DNA of 64,000 nucleotides from the human T2T-CHM13v2.0 reference genome, Homo sapiens: the NCBI RefSeq assembly GCF_009914755.1, contig NC_060932.1. The stretch is one strand, 5' to 3'. Within the stretch, counting starts at the first letter, position 1; each line of letters starts with the position of its first letter. Positions 1 to 14,156 of the stretch are shown piece after piece. The notes under the pieces were generated by a model. That model was given only the letters and a program-made list of their open reading frames with translations. It did not search any database and was not told the DNA's origin. A program made the position numbers and the translations under genes.

Positions 1-1269
1 TGTATAAACCAATCAAAAATCAAGTATTTTACTTAACAGTGAAAATGACCGAGGCTTTGTTTATGAAGTCACTAACTTCTGAAAACAATAGCTTAACAAA
101 GGCTGAGGAGAACAAGAGGCTTATTTGTGTCCAGTGATGCCCCAGGACAGTTGTTTCATTTCTAACATGCTACTCTTGATGATGGCTTTGTCTCTAGGTT
201 TACTTTCAGGCTCCTAATAGTAGCCAGAGTTCAAGTGACCTCTTCTATGCTCCACTGAAAACATATCATTCACCAGCATGAACTCTGACCCCAGGGAACA
301 CTGGGAAGAAAGGGGCTCCAGAAAAACATGAGCAAGCTAGGAAAAGAACAGAGGAAACAAGCAACTAGATCAACTAGAATACATGAAAAAATATCCCCAG
401 CCTCCACCATTATACTAAGAGACCAAGACTGTAAAGGACCACTGTCATGATGGGAAGGATAAGAGCACATCCACCAGCAAGCATATCTGACACACTCCTG
501 TGAGAACGGACTGGAGTTTAATCTGAGCCATCGACTAATGGACTGTACAAATAATCCAAGCACACTGAGTCCATCTTGGAACTTACGGCTCTCAAAAGTT
601 ACAAAATAAAAGCTACCTTCATTAGTAACCTACAATTATATTCTACACACTAAGTACTGATTACAACTAATTTTCACATCTTTTAAACAAACTTGGTATT
701 ACAATTCTTTTAAAAATGAGAGCACTAAGACTAAAGACAGGGTCATAGACTAGGAAGAGGCACAGGAGTTACCAAGCCCACTCGGTCATCTACGATGCCA
801 GGGTCTTCACACCACAGCACACCACCCTACCACAGGAAGGATTTTTTAGTCAGACTGAACACCTGCCACAGGACCAGGTGAGCAGGAGAGAGAGTGGTGT
901 AAGCACAGGGTGGTGGTGACTGGAGCTAATGCAGTCGCAGTGACAGAGAGGATGAGAGGACAAACAAGAAAAGTGATGGAGAGAATGAGGGAGAGGGATG
1001 AACCTGGTTTCTGTGACTTTAAAGTGACCAGTAGATGGGGGCTTTCTCTCCTACCCCTGCAACTACTTCATAATTTATTTCAATATCCAAATATCATCTC
1101 CTAATGTGCAAGATCTTGAGAGTATAGGAAGATGTTAAGATATGAAAGAGCATAAATTCTCCAGGCCAGAGACCAAGGTGACTAAGTAGAGACCAGATTG
1201 AAACAGCAGCTATGGAAATGTTAGGAACCAACTCATGCCACAGAGAAGAGCTGAAGAGGATACAGGTGA

Positions 1270-1450
1270 TACTGCTAATAATAACCTATACCTTTTATCA
1301 AGCAACTATAGCTGTATATAAAATAACTGCATTTAACCCATAACACAATCTCAGTGAAGCAGCTACTTCCCTATTTTCATAGAAGATGAAAATGAAGTTC
1401 AGAGAGGCCAAGCAACTTGCCCAAGGTCAAAGAGCTGCAAAATGAGGCAA
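1270..1450 (-). mobile_element. MIR SINE
   Basis: Antisense MIR core: ctattttcatagaagatgaaaatgaagttcagagaggccaagcaacttgcccaaggtca. Confidence 0.75.
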
Positions 1451-1749
1451 GTACTGGCTAGTTTGGTGATACAGAGTTTTATTATTTTCTTCCTGCTAAA
1501 TATTAAAGACAAACTATGCTTTTAAATTCCTAATCCAGTGACATCTTGAAAAGAACAGAAACAGACTACAGTTAATGGCAACATAAGTGAAAAAGCGTAA
1601 GCAGTCCTCTATATTCCCTTATTTATGAATTCTACATACTAATATAAAAGCCAACCACTTATTTAAAAGTTCTGTGACCTTTACACCAACCTCTTTTAGT
1701 ACTGGCATATTTTAAAGCAATTCTGGTAAATCCTACTTGAAAAGTAAAC

Positions 1750-2655
1750 TCTTATCTTTACCTTCCAGATATAACCAGAATACATGTATTTCTCACCACA
1801 TCTCCTGGCCTCACCCCGGCCCAGGCTGCCTGGATTACAGCCATAGGCCTCCTACCTGGTCTCTCTGCTCCAGCTCTCACCGCCCTACACTCTATTCACA
1901 ACCCTTCTGAGTTGTGCACTGATCCTTCCAAAACATCAATCACACAATTTTACTCCTCTGCTTAAAACTCATCAACAGTTCTCCAACTTTCCCAGATTCA
2001 GCACCTACATACTTAGCACAGTCTGTAAGGCCGTGCGTGATATGGCTCCCCTCTATCGCCAAGGATCCCCTAGTTTCCTTGGCACAACCACACTGACCTC
2101 CTTGCCACTCCCTGCCCACGTCAGGGACTCTGCACTGCCTGTCCCTCTATGTGGGACACTCTTGCCCCCGCGTTATCCACATGGCTTGCTCCCTTTCCCC
2201 TGCCACATCTATGCTCAAATGTCGCCTACTCAACAAGGCCTATCCAGACCACCCTGTCTGAAACTGCATGGCCCATCTGCTCTCCCTGCTTCATTTTATT
2301 CCCACAGCACTTATACCTTCTAAAACACCTCATGATTTACTTCAACATTCAGTTTATTGTTTGGCTACCCCCACTACAATGCAAGCTCCGTGACAGAAGG
2401 AAATTCTGTCTGTTCTGTACATATTGTCTCCAGGGCCTTACTGAAGTGTAGGCCATATTCCACCACCCTCCTATCACCTCTAAGTAATGAGAAGACGGCA
2501 AAGAGAATTTGTTTTCTTTTCAAGGCTATGGTCACAGAGAAGGTATATGTATATGCTGGACGTCAGTGACAGTATGGCTGTCTGGGCACTGCTTCACTTC
2601 CAGATCTCAGTACAGTATGAAGGCTTAGTACATACTTATTGAATGAATAAGTGAA
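1750..2655 (+). mobile_element. L2 LINE 3' fragment(s)
   Basis: L2 3'-end motifs ccccactacaatgcaagctcc...tctgttc and ttattgaatgaataa. Confidence 0.75.
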
Positions 2656-3626
2656 CTAAACATTATGAAAACTTTGCTTTCTCAAGAATATGAGAAGAGA
2701 AAAATGGACATAAAGTCTAGGAAAATCATGTAAACTGCTTCTTCCCACCCCACATAAAAAAATAAATCACATAATTTTAGTACTGATACTATTAAAACTT
2801 TCACCGCAAATTTTAATAGAGCACAAATGAAAATAGTGTGTGAGATTAGATAAAATCATTAGGGTTGCAAAAAATGTTATAAGCAAGATCAGTAAGCATA
2901 AGAGAGAACTCTAAACCCCTTCATATGATGTACAATTTTGTCCAATCTGACTTAGCTACAAAACCCTGGCCATATATGAGAAGGTCCCTGGGAATGAACT
3001 ATTAGGAAATGTACTACTTGTAAATGTCACCAAAAGCAGTTCACAAAATACCAGCCTAACTTTCACATTTCTCATATAATTGTCATAATTTTGTCTCTCT
3101 TAAGGAATACCAAACACCAAGGCAGCACTACTTGGCAAAGTAAAGCACTAATAAATGCTTTTATGCCAGTCAACAGGAGGAATGTAAAAAAAAATTATTA
3201 TTCATATTATACATGCATACTTCTAAATATATCATCTTTCAACTCTTTTATGTTTGCATTAATCAGGGAGTTACAGATTTAAATAACTTCGACAGTTTTA
3301 CAATATGGTTCCTCCAATTAGCACTTGATAATTACAATATATCCTAACTTTAGAATGTCAGGTATCTCATACTGCGCTCATTTCCAGTAAGATTACTAAT
3401 TACCATTCCTGTCATTTTGTCTTGCTGTTTCCACCACGAAAACAATTTTTCAAAAATTTTAGTCTATCCACAAAAATTATGACTTGGTTAAAATCAAAGA
3501 AATATTAGTCATAATAAATCTAATCACCTTCCAAAGACAGACAACAGGAAATACCAACAAGTTCCAAAAGGTGACAGTACTGGCATTATTCACTTTCTTT
3601 GCAAAGTTTCTTAACCATTACTATAC

Positions 3627-3715
3627 CTCCCTTCCGTTATTCTTGAGGAGCTCTGGGGAAACTGCAGAAGGCACTGAATTTGTAACTGGAAGATGCAAGG
3701 GAGCCCCAGTTCTGC
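3627..3715 (-). other. PTK2: PTK2 non-coding 5'-UTR exon (89 nt)
   Basis: Minus strand reads ttttctttgtctcacag|GCAGAACTGGGGCTCCCTTGCATCTTCC...AAGAATAACGGAAGGGAG|gtatag. AG/GT are canonical, and the sequence matches the FAK mRNA leader as I recall it. Confidence 0.92.
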
Positions 3716-3805
3716 CTGTGAGACAAAGAAAATCATTTCAAAATCCTGAACTTCAGTTTCTTCATCAGCAAAATGAGGACAGTAACAATAACAATACCTA
3801 TCACT
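3663..3805 (+). mobile_element. MIR SINE overlapping the PTK2 leader exon
   Basis: gaaggcactgaatttg...ccccagttctgcctgtgag...cttcagtttcttcatcagcaaaatgagg aligns with the MIR head and core. Confidence 0.65.
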
Positions 3806-3879
3806 TACTGAGTACTACTTGCCAGTCATGAAATAGCGTAATAGCAATGCTAATAATAATGAAAATATAATTTTGACAT

Positions 3880-4335
3880 GATGATACCAGGTAGATGCTA
3901 ACTCTGTGCCAAGCCTTCTTCCAAGTACTTTAAAAATGATGACTCATCTACCTATCACAACAAACTACCCATGGGGTAGATACTGTTATCCCCATTTTAC
4001 CAATGAAGAAATCGAAGCACAGAGAGGCCAGGTAACTTAAATTCACAATATCGCAGAACTTCTGAATTGCAAAGCTGGAAATCAAACTCATGCAGTCTGG
4101 CTACAGAGTCCATGTACTTCACCAATTTGCTGCAGTGCTTTACATCTATTTTCTCAATTAATACTTTAAATAACCAATAACATAGATGATATTACAATCC
4201 ATGTATGACACATGAACAAACTGAGGAACAGAGAAATTAAGTAACATATCTAATATTAAAACTAACTGGTCAGGTGCAGAGCTGGGATATGCATCAGGCA
4301 CTTGGACACCAGCCAGATGACACAGTTAAACCACC
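3880..4335 (-). mobile_element. Two tandem MIR SINEs
   Basis: ccccattttaccaatgaagaaatcgaagcacagagagg and aaactgaggaacagagaaattaagtaac. Confidence 0.75.
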
Positions 4336-5311
4336 ACCTATAGTATCACCTACCTCCAGATGCTACAAAGGTTTCCAGAGAAGAGTCTGGAAACAGGCCT
4401 ACAAAGGGTAAATGAATCACAGTGAGGACCAATGGGACAAAGAAAGGAAGAGAAGAAACACAGCAAAGAATATGGGACAAATAAGCTGCTCTTATCCCCA
4501 TGCAACACCCTAATTCACCAAATCATGAGGCTCATGTGATAGTCCTCTAGTGTCAGTAATCCTGCCCCAATATGAATTCAGATAAAAGTCATCACACTAC
4601 CTGCTAGACACGTGGCTGGTACTTGACAGATGTATCAAAGTCACCAGAAAATAACTATAACCACTAAATTAAGCAACAGTGAAATACAAAAAATAGATGG
4701 GAAAATGCAACTCTTACCATGAAAATCTTATTTAATATTTCTGCCAATTGGATAAGACAATAAAATGTGTATTCTCAAGTACCTCTAAAATTAATGGCAT
4801 AAAAACTATTTCATTATCTAAAAAGGCAAAGACAACAAAACCCTGACCTTATTAATCTAAGTAGTATTTTTACGGACTCTAATTAATGATAATTTCTTAT
4901 TTCTGTTTTGACATATATACAGAGATCAAAGCTAAATTCCAGATTTAGAAACTGCTGAGAGGTTAACTGCTGTAATTGCTTTTTTCTTAAAGGCTCCTGA
5001 AATCTGTAAGATGCTGCATTAGTTTTTCAGATGCAGTGGTAGAAGCATGACAACACAGGACAGAAGAAGAAGTTCAAAGTGTTCAATCTATCCATATATG
5101 TTATAAAACAGAGTTTTTTTTATTGCTTATACTGACCATAATAATGCAAACATCAAAAGGCAATCCAGTAGTTACTTAACGCTAACATTGCCCAAAACAA
5201 ACATAGAACTTTTATTTTATGGAAAATGTATATACACACATGCAACTTATTTCATCACTATCAATTTTTTTTACCCTATAAATGCAATTTATCCACAGTT
5301 TGACTGCTCAC

Positions 5312-5380
5312 CTTATTTAACAAATAGCAACAGTGTCAAGCTATTGTGTCTTTCCAAGTTAGGTTAACTTTCCAAGCTAA
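5312..5380 (-). other. Candidate alternative non-coding leader exon (69 nt)
   Basis: ggttttctctgtttcag|TTAGCTTGG...AAATAAG|gtgagc. Both sites are strong, the context is repeat-free, and all frames have stops. Confidence 0.55.
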
Positions 5381-5639
5381 CTGAAACAGAGAAAACCACT
5401 GATCAGGCTGTAAAGGCTCTGGGTTACTTGTCAGAAATTGGGCTTTGCAGTCACAGACATATTAATACTGGCCTGGGGGTCTGATGGTGTCAGGAGGACC
5501 CCTTGTGGTGAATGTAAATCCCTTCTACAACCTGCATTTCTCAGCTAAAAGTGAAAAATCAACAATATACATTTTAAATTTATCCCTCATGATGGCCTGA
5601 AAAAGCTAACCATTACTACAGACTCCATACTCTGTATCA

Positions 5640-5906
5640 GGCCAGGCGAGGTGGCTCATGCCTGTAATCCCAACACTTTGGGAGGCCAAGGCAGGTGGAT
5701 GACCTGAGATCAGGAGTTCAAGACCACCCCGACCAACATGGTAAAACCCCATCTGTACTAAATACAAAAAATTGGCCGCGCGTGGTGGCACATGCTTGTA
5801 ATCCCAGCTACTTGGGAGGCTGAGGCAGGAGAATCGCTTGAACCTGGTTGCAATGAGCCGAGATTGTCCAGCCTGGGCAACAAGAGCAAAACTCCATCTC
5901 AAAAAG

Positions 5907-5941
<35 letters not shown>
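5640..5941 (+). mobile_element. AluSp/Sq
   Basis: Dimeric Alu ending caacaagagcaaaactccatctc, with a long A tail. Confidence 0.93.

Positions 5942-5978
<37 letters not shown>
5942..5978. repeat. (AT)n microsatellite at the Alu tail
   Basis: atatatat... run. Confidence 0.95.
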
Positions 5979-6232
5979 ATATCAGTAGCAGCTAGTGTGG
6001 ATCTATCCCTCATCATATCTATATTCCAAGCAACAGACATAAATAAGACAGCTTTTCTTCTTTCCAAACGGAGCTACATAGTAGTTGGCCTTTTTTGTCA
6101 ATTTCCCTCCCGTATGCTTTTGGTTTTGTCATGCTGGCATGAATGGTTGTTATTCCAGCTTACCAAGAAATTTCAGGAGTCACTTTGCTAATTCTATCTA
6201 AAAATTTGTATCATTAAAAAATGTTAAAACCA

Positions 6233-7251
<1,019 letters not shown>

Positions 7252-7399
7252 TTAAAAAATGTTAAAACCATTTTTAAAGAGTAAATCTCATTTATATTTT
7301 ACAACAAATCTGCAAATATAATTATGTTTACTTTTATAAATGAAGAGAAAAGCTTTGAGAGTTTAAGAACAAGTCTAAAGCGAAAGAGACAGGAAAAAG

Positions 7400-7890
7400 A
7401 GACAATAACCAATCACTGACTAAGGGCTTATATTGTTCCAGCCCTGTACAAGGTGGCTTTATGTGTGTGTGTTTTAAAATGTGTCCCCCTAATAAACTTG
7501 GAGGTAATTACTAATATCATCATTTTCAAGAAAAAGAAAACTGAGGCTCACATACACAAGTAAGGACTTGTGATACAATTAGACTGTAAAAGTAAAATGT
7601 CAAAGCCGCATGCAACTCCAAAGCCCAAATCATCTTTTCCATCACCCTAAATTTAAAGGTCCATTCAGTTTATTTCAAGTATCCTAAAACTTAAACTCTG
7701 CCACATGGTATCAGATATGTGACCCTGGCACTTTTTTTTTTTAACTTTCTCTCCATAACTTAGTTTCTCGTCGGTTAAATAAAGTTTAAAATGGTATGTA
7801 TTTTTCAGTTATGATAATTAAACATTACAAGCATAAAGGGCTTTGAGAGCGCCCATAACAAAGGCTCCATGTCACTGTAAGTGCATCATT
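7400..7890. mobile_element. MIR fragments (both orientations)
   Basis: gaaaactgaggctcaca (antisense) and tgtgaccctggc...tagtttctcgtcggttaaat (sense). Confidence 0.6.
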
Positions 7891-8399
7891 ACTGTCTGCC
7901 TCTTCTGTGCATAGGCAATAAATTAAGCAGTAGGGATCCCAAAATAATTGGACAGAGTCCCATCCCATAAGGAGTTGACAGACCATCAGAAGACAAGCAA
8001 ACAAATCTGAGTACCCAGAAGTCTAACTTCTGGTAGACTGGTCTACTAAACCTCCAATAAATCTCCTCTCAGTTTTAAGGCAGTTTGAGGCTTATAATAT
8101 GTTTATTTGTAATACTGAAACACTGTTAACAGCCTACATGTTTGATAGAAGGGGAATGAATAAATAAACCTCGGAACACCAAAATGAATGACTATTTTTA
8201 AATGTTGTGTCTGAAAATTTTTCACTGACATTGGAAAATACTCATTAACAACAAAAACAGAAACATATCAAAAAAATAAGGCAGCTCCCAGTCCTAAATT
8301 GCAAGGATTTCAAGATAAATAGATACTTTAAAACTCCTTTATCTTCTGTCCTATGTTCCAATGTGCCACACTCTCCTGATCTCTCTTTACTTCTCATTA

Positions 8400-8740
8400 T
8401 TTTTGGTTTTTGTAGCTTCTTAAGGTAAAAACATAGACAATTGATGCTTTTTTCCTTTCAGTTATATAAGCACTTAAAGTTATAAAGTTCCCTCTTATGT
8501 ACTCTTTCAAGCTGCATAATAAAGACTGATGTTATATTTTTACTATTCTGTTTCAAATAACTTTCTAATTTTGAAACATTTTCTAATTTCTCTTTTGATT
8601 TTAGACTCATGTATTATTTAGAAAGGTATTTCATTTCTAAGTACTGAGGACTTTACTGGATATTGTTTCTTTAAAATATTTGCTTTTTACATTTATTCTT
8701 TTGATCAGAAAACACACCTGCATGGTATATTTGCTGTAAG
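8400..8740 (-). mobile_element. Old L1M fragment
   Basis: T-rich antisense L1 ORF2-like sequence (ttataaagttccctctt, tattatttagaaag). Confidence 0.5.
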
Positions 8741-8765
8741 ATTAATTGGAAAAAAAGAAAATACA

Positions 8766-9079
8766 GGCCAGGAGCAGTGACTCACATCTGTAATCCCAGC
8801 ACTTTGAGAGGCTGAGGTGGGCAGATCACTTGAGGCCAGAAGTTCAAGACCAGCCTGAGTAACATGGTGAAACCCCACTTCTACCAAAAATACAAAAATT
8901 AGCAGGGTGTGGTGGCATACACCTGTAACTCCAGCTACTCAGGAGGCTGAGGCACAATTGCTTGAACCCAGAAGGCAAAGGTTGCAGTAAGCCGAGATCA
9001 CACCACTGCACTCCAGCCTGCGCGGCAGAGCGAGACTCTGTCTCAAAAAAAAAAAAAAAAAGAAAAAGAAAAAGAGAAA
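8766..9079 (+). mobile_element. AluS (Sx/Sz)
   Basis: Full dimer with A tail. Confidence 0.93.
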
Positions 9080-9338
9080 ATTATTAAATACATGGTACAA
9101 AATTCACATGGATATGCAATGAACCATAAACATCACCCCCCCTTCACCCTATTTTCTTTCCATCACATTCTCTCTAGATAGAATCACTGTTCCTAATTGT
9201 TTGTGTAACCTTCTGGAGGTGTTCCATGCATATACAAGAATGCACATATGCAAATACAGTTTCTTTTGCATTACACCAATATAATGTGTTCTACATACTC
9301 TTCTATACCTTCTTAAAACTTACTTTAAAATATATCTT

Positions 9339-9569
9339 CAGCCTAGGCAACAAGATGAAACCCCAACTCTATAAAAAAATACAAAACAATTAGCTGGGCA
9401 TGGTGGTGCCTGCCTGTAGTCCCAGCTGCTCAGGAGGCTGAGGTGGGAGGATTGCTTGAGACGGAGGAGGCTGAGGCTGCAATGAGCCATGATTGTGCCA
9501 ATGCACATCAGCCTAGGTGACAGAACAAGACCTTGTGGTTTTAAAAAAAATTTTTAAATAAAAATAAAA
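9339..9569 (+). mobile_element. 5'-truncated AluJ
   Basis: gaggtgggaggattgcttgag J-type right arm. Confidence 0.85.
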
Positions 9570-9626
9570 GTATATTGTTCACTATAGATTTTCTTGCATA
9601 AATTTTTGATTCTTAAAAATACTGTA

Positions 9627-9924
9627 GGCCAGGCGTGATGACTCATGCCTGTAAACCCAGCACTTTGGGAGGCCAAGGCAGGAGGATCACTTGAGCCCAG
9701 GAGTTCGAGACCAGCCTAGGCAACATAGTGAGACCCCCATCTCTACAAAAAAATTTTAAAATAGCTGGTTGTGGTGGCACACACCTATAGTCCCAGCCTG
9801 GGAGGCTGAGGTGGGAGGGCTGTTTGAGCCCAGAAGGTGGAGGCTATAATGAGCCATGATTGGGCCACTGCACTCCAGCCTGGGCGACAGAGACCCAGTC
9901 TCAAAAAAAAAAAAAAAAAAAAAA
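9627..9924 (+). mobile_element. AluJ
   Basis: ggaggatcacttgagcccagg, full dimer. Confidence 0.92.
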
Positions 9925-10192
9925 GCTGCATTAAATTATTGTTTATCTTAATTACTGAGGGTTTTGGTGACTCTTTAGATATTATGTCAAGACAAATGCC
10001 TCAGCCTAGTCCTGCTGGCACTGTCCAAAGATCCATTTCCACATTCTACTCTTTCCCCCACTGACCCCATTCTCCTCAACCACATGACTCTCAGGGGTTT
10101 GTGAAACTAGAAATGTTTCTGCTCAATGCATGTTAAACATAATCACGCAATTTTTAAAGTTTCACTCTAAGAATAAAGATATTTAACATTTC

Positions 10193-10475
<283 letters not shown>

Positions 10476-10833
10476 ATTTCTTTTTTCAGGGACCAGAACT
10501 ACAGTAAGCAAAACTGTCAAAGCCATATCTAGTTTAATTGAAATAATTACAATGTAATTTTTACACTGGACCAGCAAACTCTTGAATTCATAAAATGTCT
10601 GAATTTCAAAGGAAGCATGCCATATAAAAACTTGTTAGCAAAATCAATAAATTATGGATATTTGCATCTTCTATGATACAGCAGAAATAATGTATTCATT
10701 CACTCTTTTTCTGTCCAAGGATCCTGACTAACAGCAGCAGAGACTAAAATCAACTGCCTCATCAGGGTACAACAGAAGACAAACAAGACGGGGGTTTGTA
10801 TACAGCTAGCTTACTAAGAGTCTTCCTTCCCCT

Positions 10834-11124
<291 letters not shown>

Positions 11125-11524
11125 CCCTGACTTTTTAAAACCAGGATCTCTAACAACAGTAATGAAAAAAAAAAAAAGACTTGAGATTTCTAAATCCAAG
11201 ACAGATGCAACAGCTGGCAATAGAAGAGCATTTCCTTTAGAAAAAAACAGAAGAACTGCATAAAATATAAAAATCATCTGTTTGAAGACAGCAAGAACAG
11301 GAGGGGCTAAAAAACTTCAAAACCACAGAAGTTCAGCTGATCTTTTGCATTTACTTTTACCTTTGGTATGTATTTACCAATTCTGAGAAGAAGAAGCAGG
11401 TGGAGAATCTAGGCTGTGCATTCACAGAAAACTGCTGCCAGAAGACAGAAAAATCAGGCAAGGTTTTGGAACGCTAAATCCTAGAGCATTAGTATTCTTA
11501 CTGTATAAAGGTGTATTTATTGTC

Positions 11525-11840
11525 AAATATTATTCTGCAATGAAAAGGAATGAAGTACTGATACATGCTACAACATGGATGAACCTTGAAAACATTATGC
11601 CAAGTGTTAGAAGCCACAAAAGACCACATACAGCCTGATTCCTTTTATATAAAATGTCCAGAATAGGCAAATCTATAAGAAAGTAGGTTAGTGGTTTCCT
11701 TGGGCTGAAGATAAGGAATAAAGAGTGACTCCTGGTGGGTATGGGGTTTTCTTTTGGGGTGAGGGAAATTTCTAAAATTGATGGTGGTGATTGTACTCAT
11801 TGTATAGTATGAGAATTATACGTCAATTTAAAAAAAAAGA
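11525..11840 (+). mobile_element. L1MB 3' end
   Basis: aaggaatgaagtactgatacatgctacaacatggatgaaccttgaaaacattatg. Confidence 0.85.
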
Positions 11841-12235
11841 CACAAAGCCTCTAAAGGCAGTGAGTAGAGATTTTCAAGTCTTACAAGACAAAGATTAAAG
11901 TTCCACACACGAGGAAGATAAGGAAAAGGAGCCGATAAATATAAAATAAATGACATAGAGCTAAAGGACAAAAAAAAATACCTTTAACAAATAAAAGCCA
12001 CCAGTTGGTATTCAGAAACAACAAGTTCTAGAAGATCAACCAAGAAAGAAAAAGAAACACAAATAAATAACTAAAATTCCTAAATGAACTATAAACATTA
12101 CAGAAAAGAAATCATATATCTAATAAATCATTGGTCTAAAATCTTGTTTACAATTATAAGAAATTGAAGATAAACCCTTGGCTTTCCCCTCAAAACCTAA
12201 TCCTGAAACAGATTTCCCCAAATCAGTAAATAGCA

Positions 12236-12413
12236 CTGGGGTCAGTGTCATGCGCCTGTAGTCCCAGCTACTCAAGAGGCTGAGGCAGGAGGACAGCTTA
12301 AGGACAGGAGTCTGAGGCTGTCAGCATACCATGATCACACCTGTGAATAGCCACTGCACTCTAGCATCCTGAGCAACATAAGGAGACTTTGTCTCTAAAA
12401 AATAAAAAAATAA
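12236..12413 (+). mobile_element. FAM (fossil Alu monomer) inserted in an L2 fragment
   Basis: Monomer retaining the 7SL-like cctgtgaatagccactgcact. L2 sequence lies on both sides (~12180-12630). Confidence 0.8.
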
Positions 12414-12851
12414 ATTTTTTTTTGAAATTAGCAACTCCATTCTCCTAGCTGCTAATGAAAATACCTTGACATCATCCTTGATTCCTTAACTTTAGAACAC
12501 AACCATCCCAACAAGTTTCTTAAAATTTACGTCACGCCTCTGCTCAAGATCCTCCAGTGGCTTCCCATCTGACTCAGAACAAATGCACAAGACCTCACAA
12601 TGGCCCAGAACGCTCTAAGAGATCTAAACCACCCATGAGAAATAACACCTCCCCAATGTTCCTGCTAAACGGCCTCAAAAGTTTTAAACAAGTAGTGTTT
12701 ATCAAGTTATATTCTGCTAAGCCTCTGCTATGACAGTGATGAAATTTTCTGACCATCTGTTGTTATAGACTTATTCCTATTTTCTGCATATAAAGTTCAC
12801 TTCTGAAAACAACTCTCTATTGATCTCTCTCTAGCAAGATGTTTTCTTTTC

Positions 12852-12947
12852 TGTAGGGAAAAGAAAGAGATATCAAAATGGAGTTAGAGAGATTAGACTG
12901 TTACTGTGTTTATGCAGAAAAGGAGGACATAAAAAACTCCATTTTGA
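12852..12947 (+). mobile_element. Rearranged 5' fragment of a HERV-K(HML-2) LTR5-type LTR
   Basis: tgtagggaaaagaaagaga...gattagactgttactgtgtttatgcagaaaaggaggacataaaaaactccattttga matches the first ~75 nt of LTR5A/B as I recall them. Confidence 0.75.
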
Positions 12948-13674
12948 AGTTTGAATCAGCACTGCAATTACAACATTAACAAGTGACACATGATCTTAAG
13001 TAAGTTGTCAATCAGAGGTTAAAAGTATTATCACAATTGTTAAATGTGTATAGCTAATTAGAACTATGAGAGCATTAAAGAAAGGGGGAGATAGGAACAA
13101 CTTTTCAACAACATATAAATGTTTATTTTATATCTATTAGACAAACTGTCCATAAACGATAGAACCAAACAGAAGGAAAAAAGCTACTTTACACCCATGA
13201 AATGTCCCAGGGCCCCAGAGCATATTATAGCAGGAGCTACTGTGGAAAAGAAAAAATGATTCATATCAACAACTCAAGAAGGAATCAAGAATCAGGATTA
13301 CAATTCACTGAAGGCAAGCACCCCAGGTCCAGAGGTAAGCACCTATGCCTCAGAGTGACTTATCCTGACAGATTCTTAGAGAGCATAAACAACACCTAGG
13401 CTGCGATGTATCCATGGTTCTCTGGCCTCAGGACCCATCAACTGTAGACAGGTCCTCCCAGAAGAAAGTTATTAGTACCTCGCCTGAATATAAACGGGGT
13501 TATCCTATACTAGAGACAAGGGAAGACGGGGAGGGGTTCAAAGCTGAGTCCAATGCCAAACTGGCTTGCAAAGACCTCTATCTGAGATTCACTCTGTTAT
13601 TTGAAACCAATAAAATGAAAGTTTTTTTCCTAATGCGCTGTTCATGTAATCTCAATGCTCAGTATGTCCTCATC

Positions 13675-13927
13675 TTTTTTTTTTTTTTTTTTTTTTTTGA
13701 GACAGAGTCTCGCTCTTTGCCTCGGCTCACTGCAAGCTCCTCCTGGGTTCATGCCACTCTCCTGCCTCAGGCTCCTGAGTAGCTGGGACTACAGGCATCC
13801 GCCACCACACCTGGCTAATTTTTTGTATTTTTAGGAGACACAGGGTTTCACCGTGTTGACCTTGTGATCCACCCGCCTCAACCTCCCAAAGTGCTGGGAT
13901 TACAGGTGTAAGCCACCACACCCGGCC
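13675..13927 (-). mobile_element. AluY with internal deletions
   Basis: gcaagctcc and gggactacagg diagnostics, perfect TSD tgtcctcatctttt. Confidence 0.88.
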
Positions 13928-13954
13928 TGTCCTCATCTTTTAAGAGTAGATCAG

Positions 13955-14156
13955 AGCCTAGGCAACAAAGTGAAACCCCATCTCTCCAAAAGGAAAATTT
14001 TTAAAAATAAGCCAGGCATGGTGGCATGCATCTGTAGTCCCGGCTACTCAGGAGGCTGAGACAGGAGGATTGCTTGGCTACAAGTGAGCTATGATAGTGC
14101 TATTGCCCTCCAGCCTGAGCTGGAGTAAAACTCTGTCTCTAAAATTAAAAAAATTA
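13955..14156 (+). mobile_element. Partial AluJ
   Basis: Truncated dimer with an internal deletion. Confidence 0.8.

Noticed and set aside
3484-3831. 115-aa + strand ORF
   Set aside because: It is the antisense reading of the PTK2 leader exon and the MIR, with no true ATG start.
12236-12413. 7SL RNA gene or pseudogene
   Set aside because: It lacks most of the S domain, and its length and structure fit a FAM monomer.
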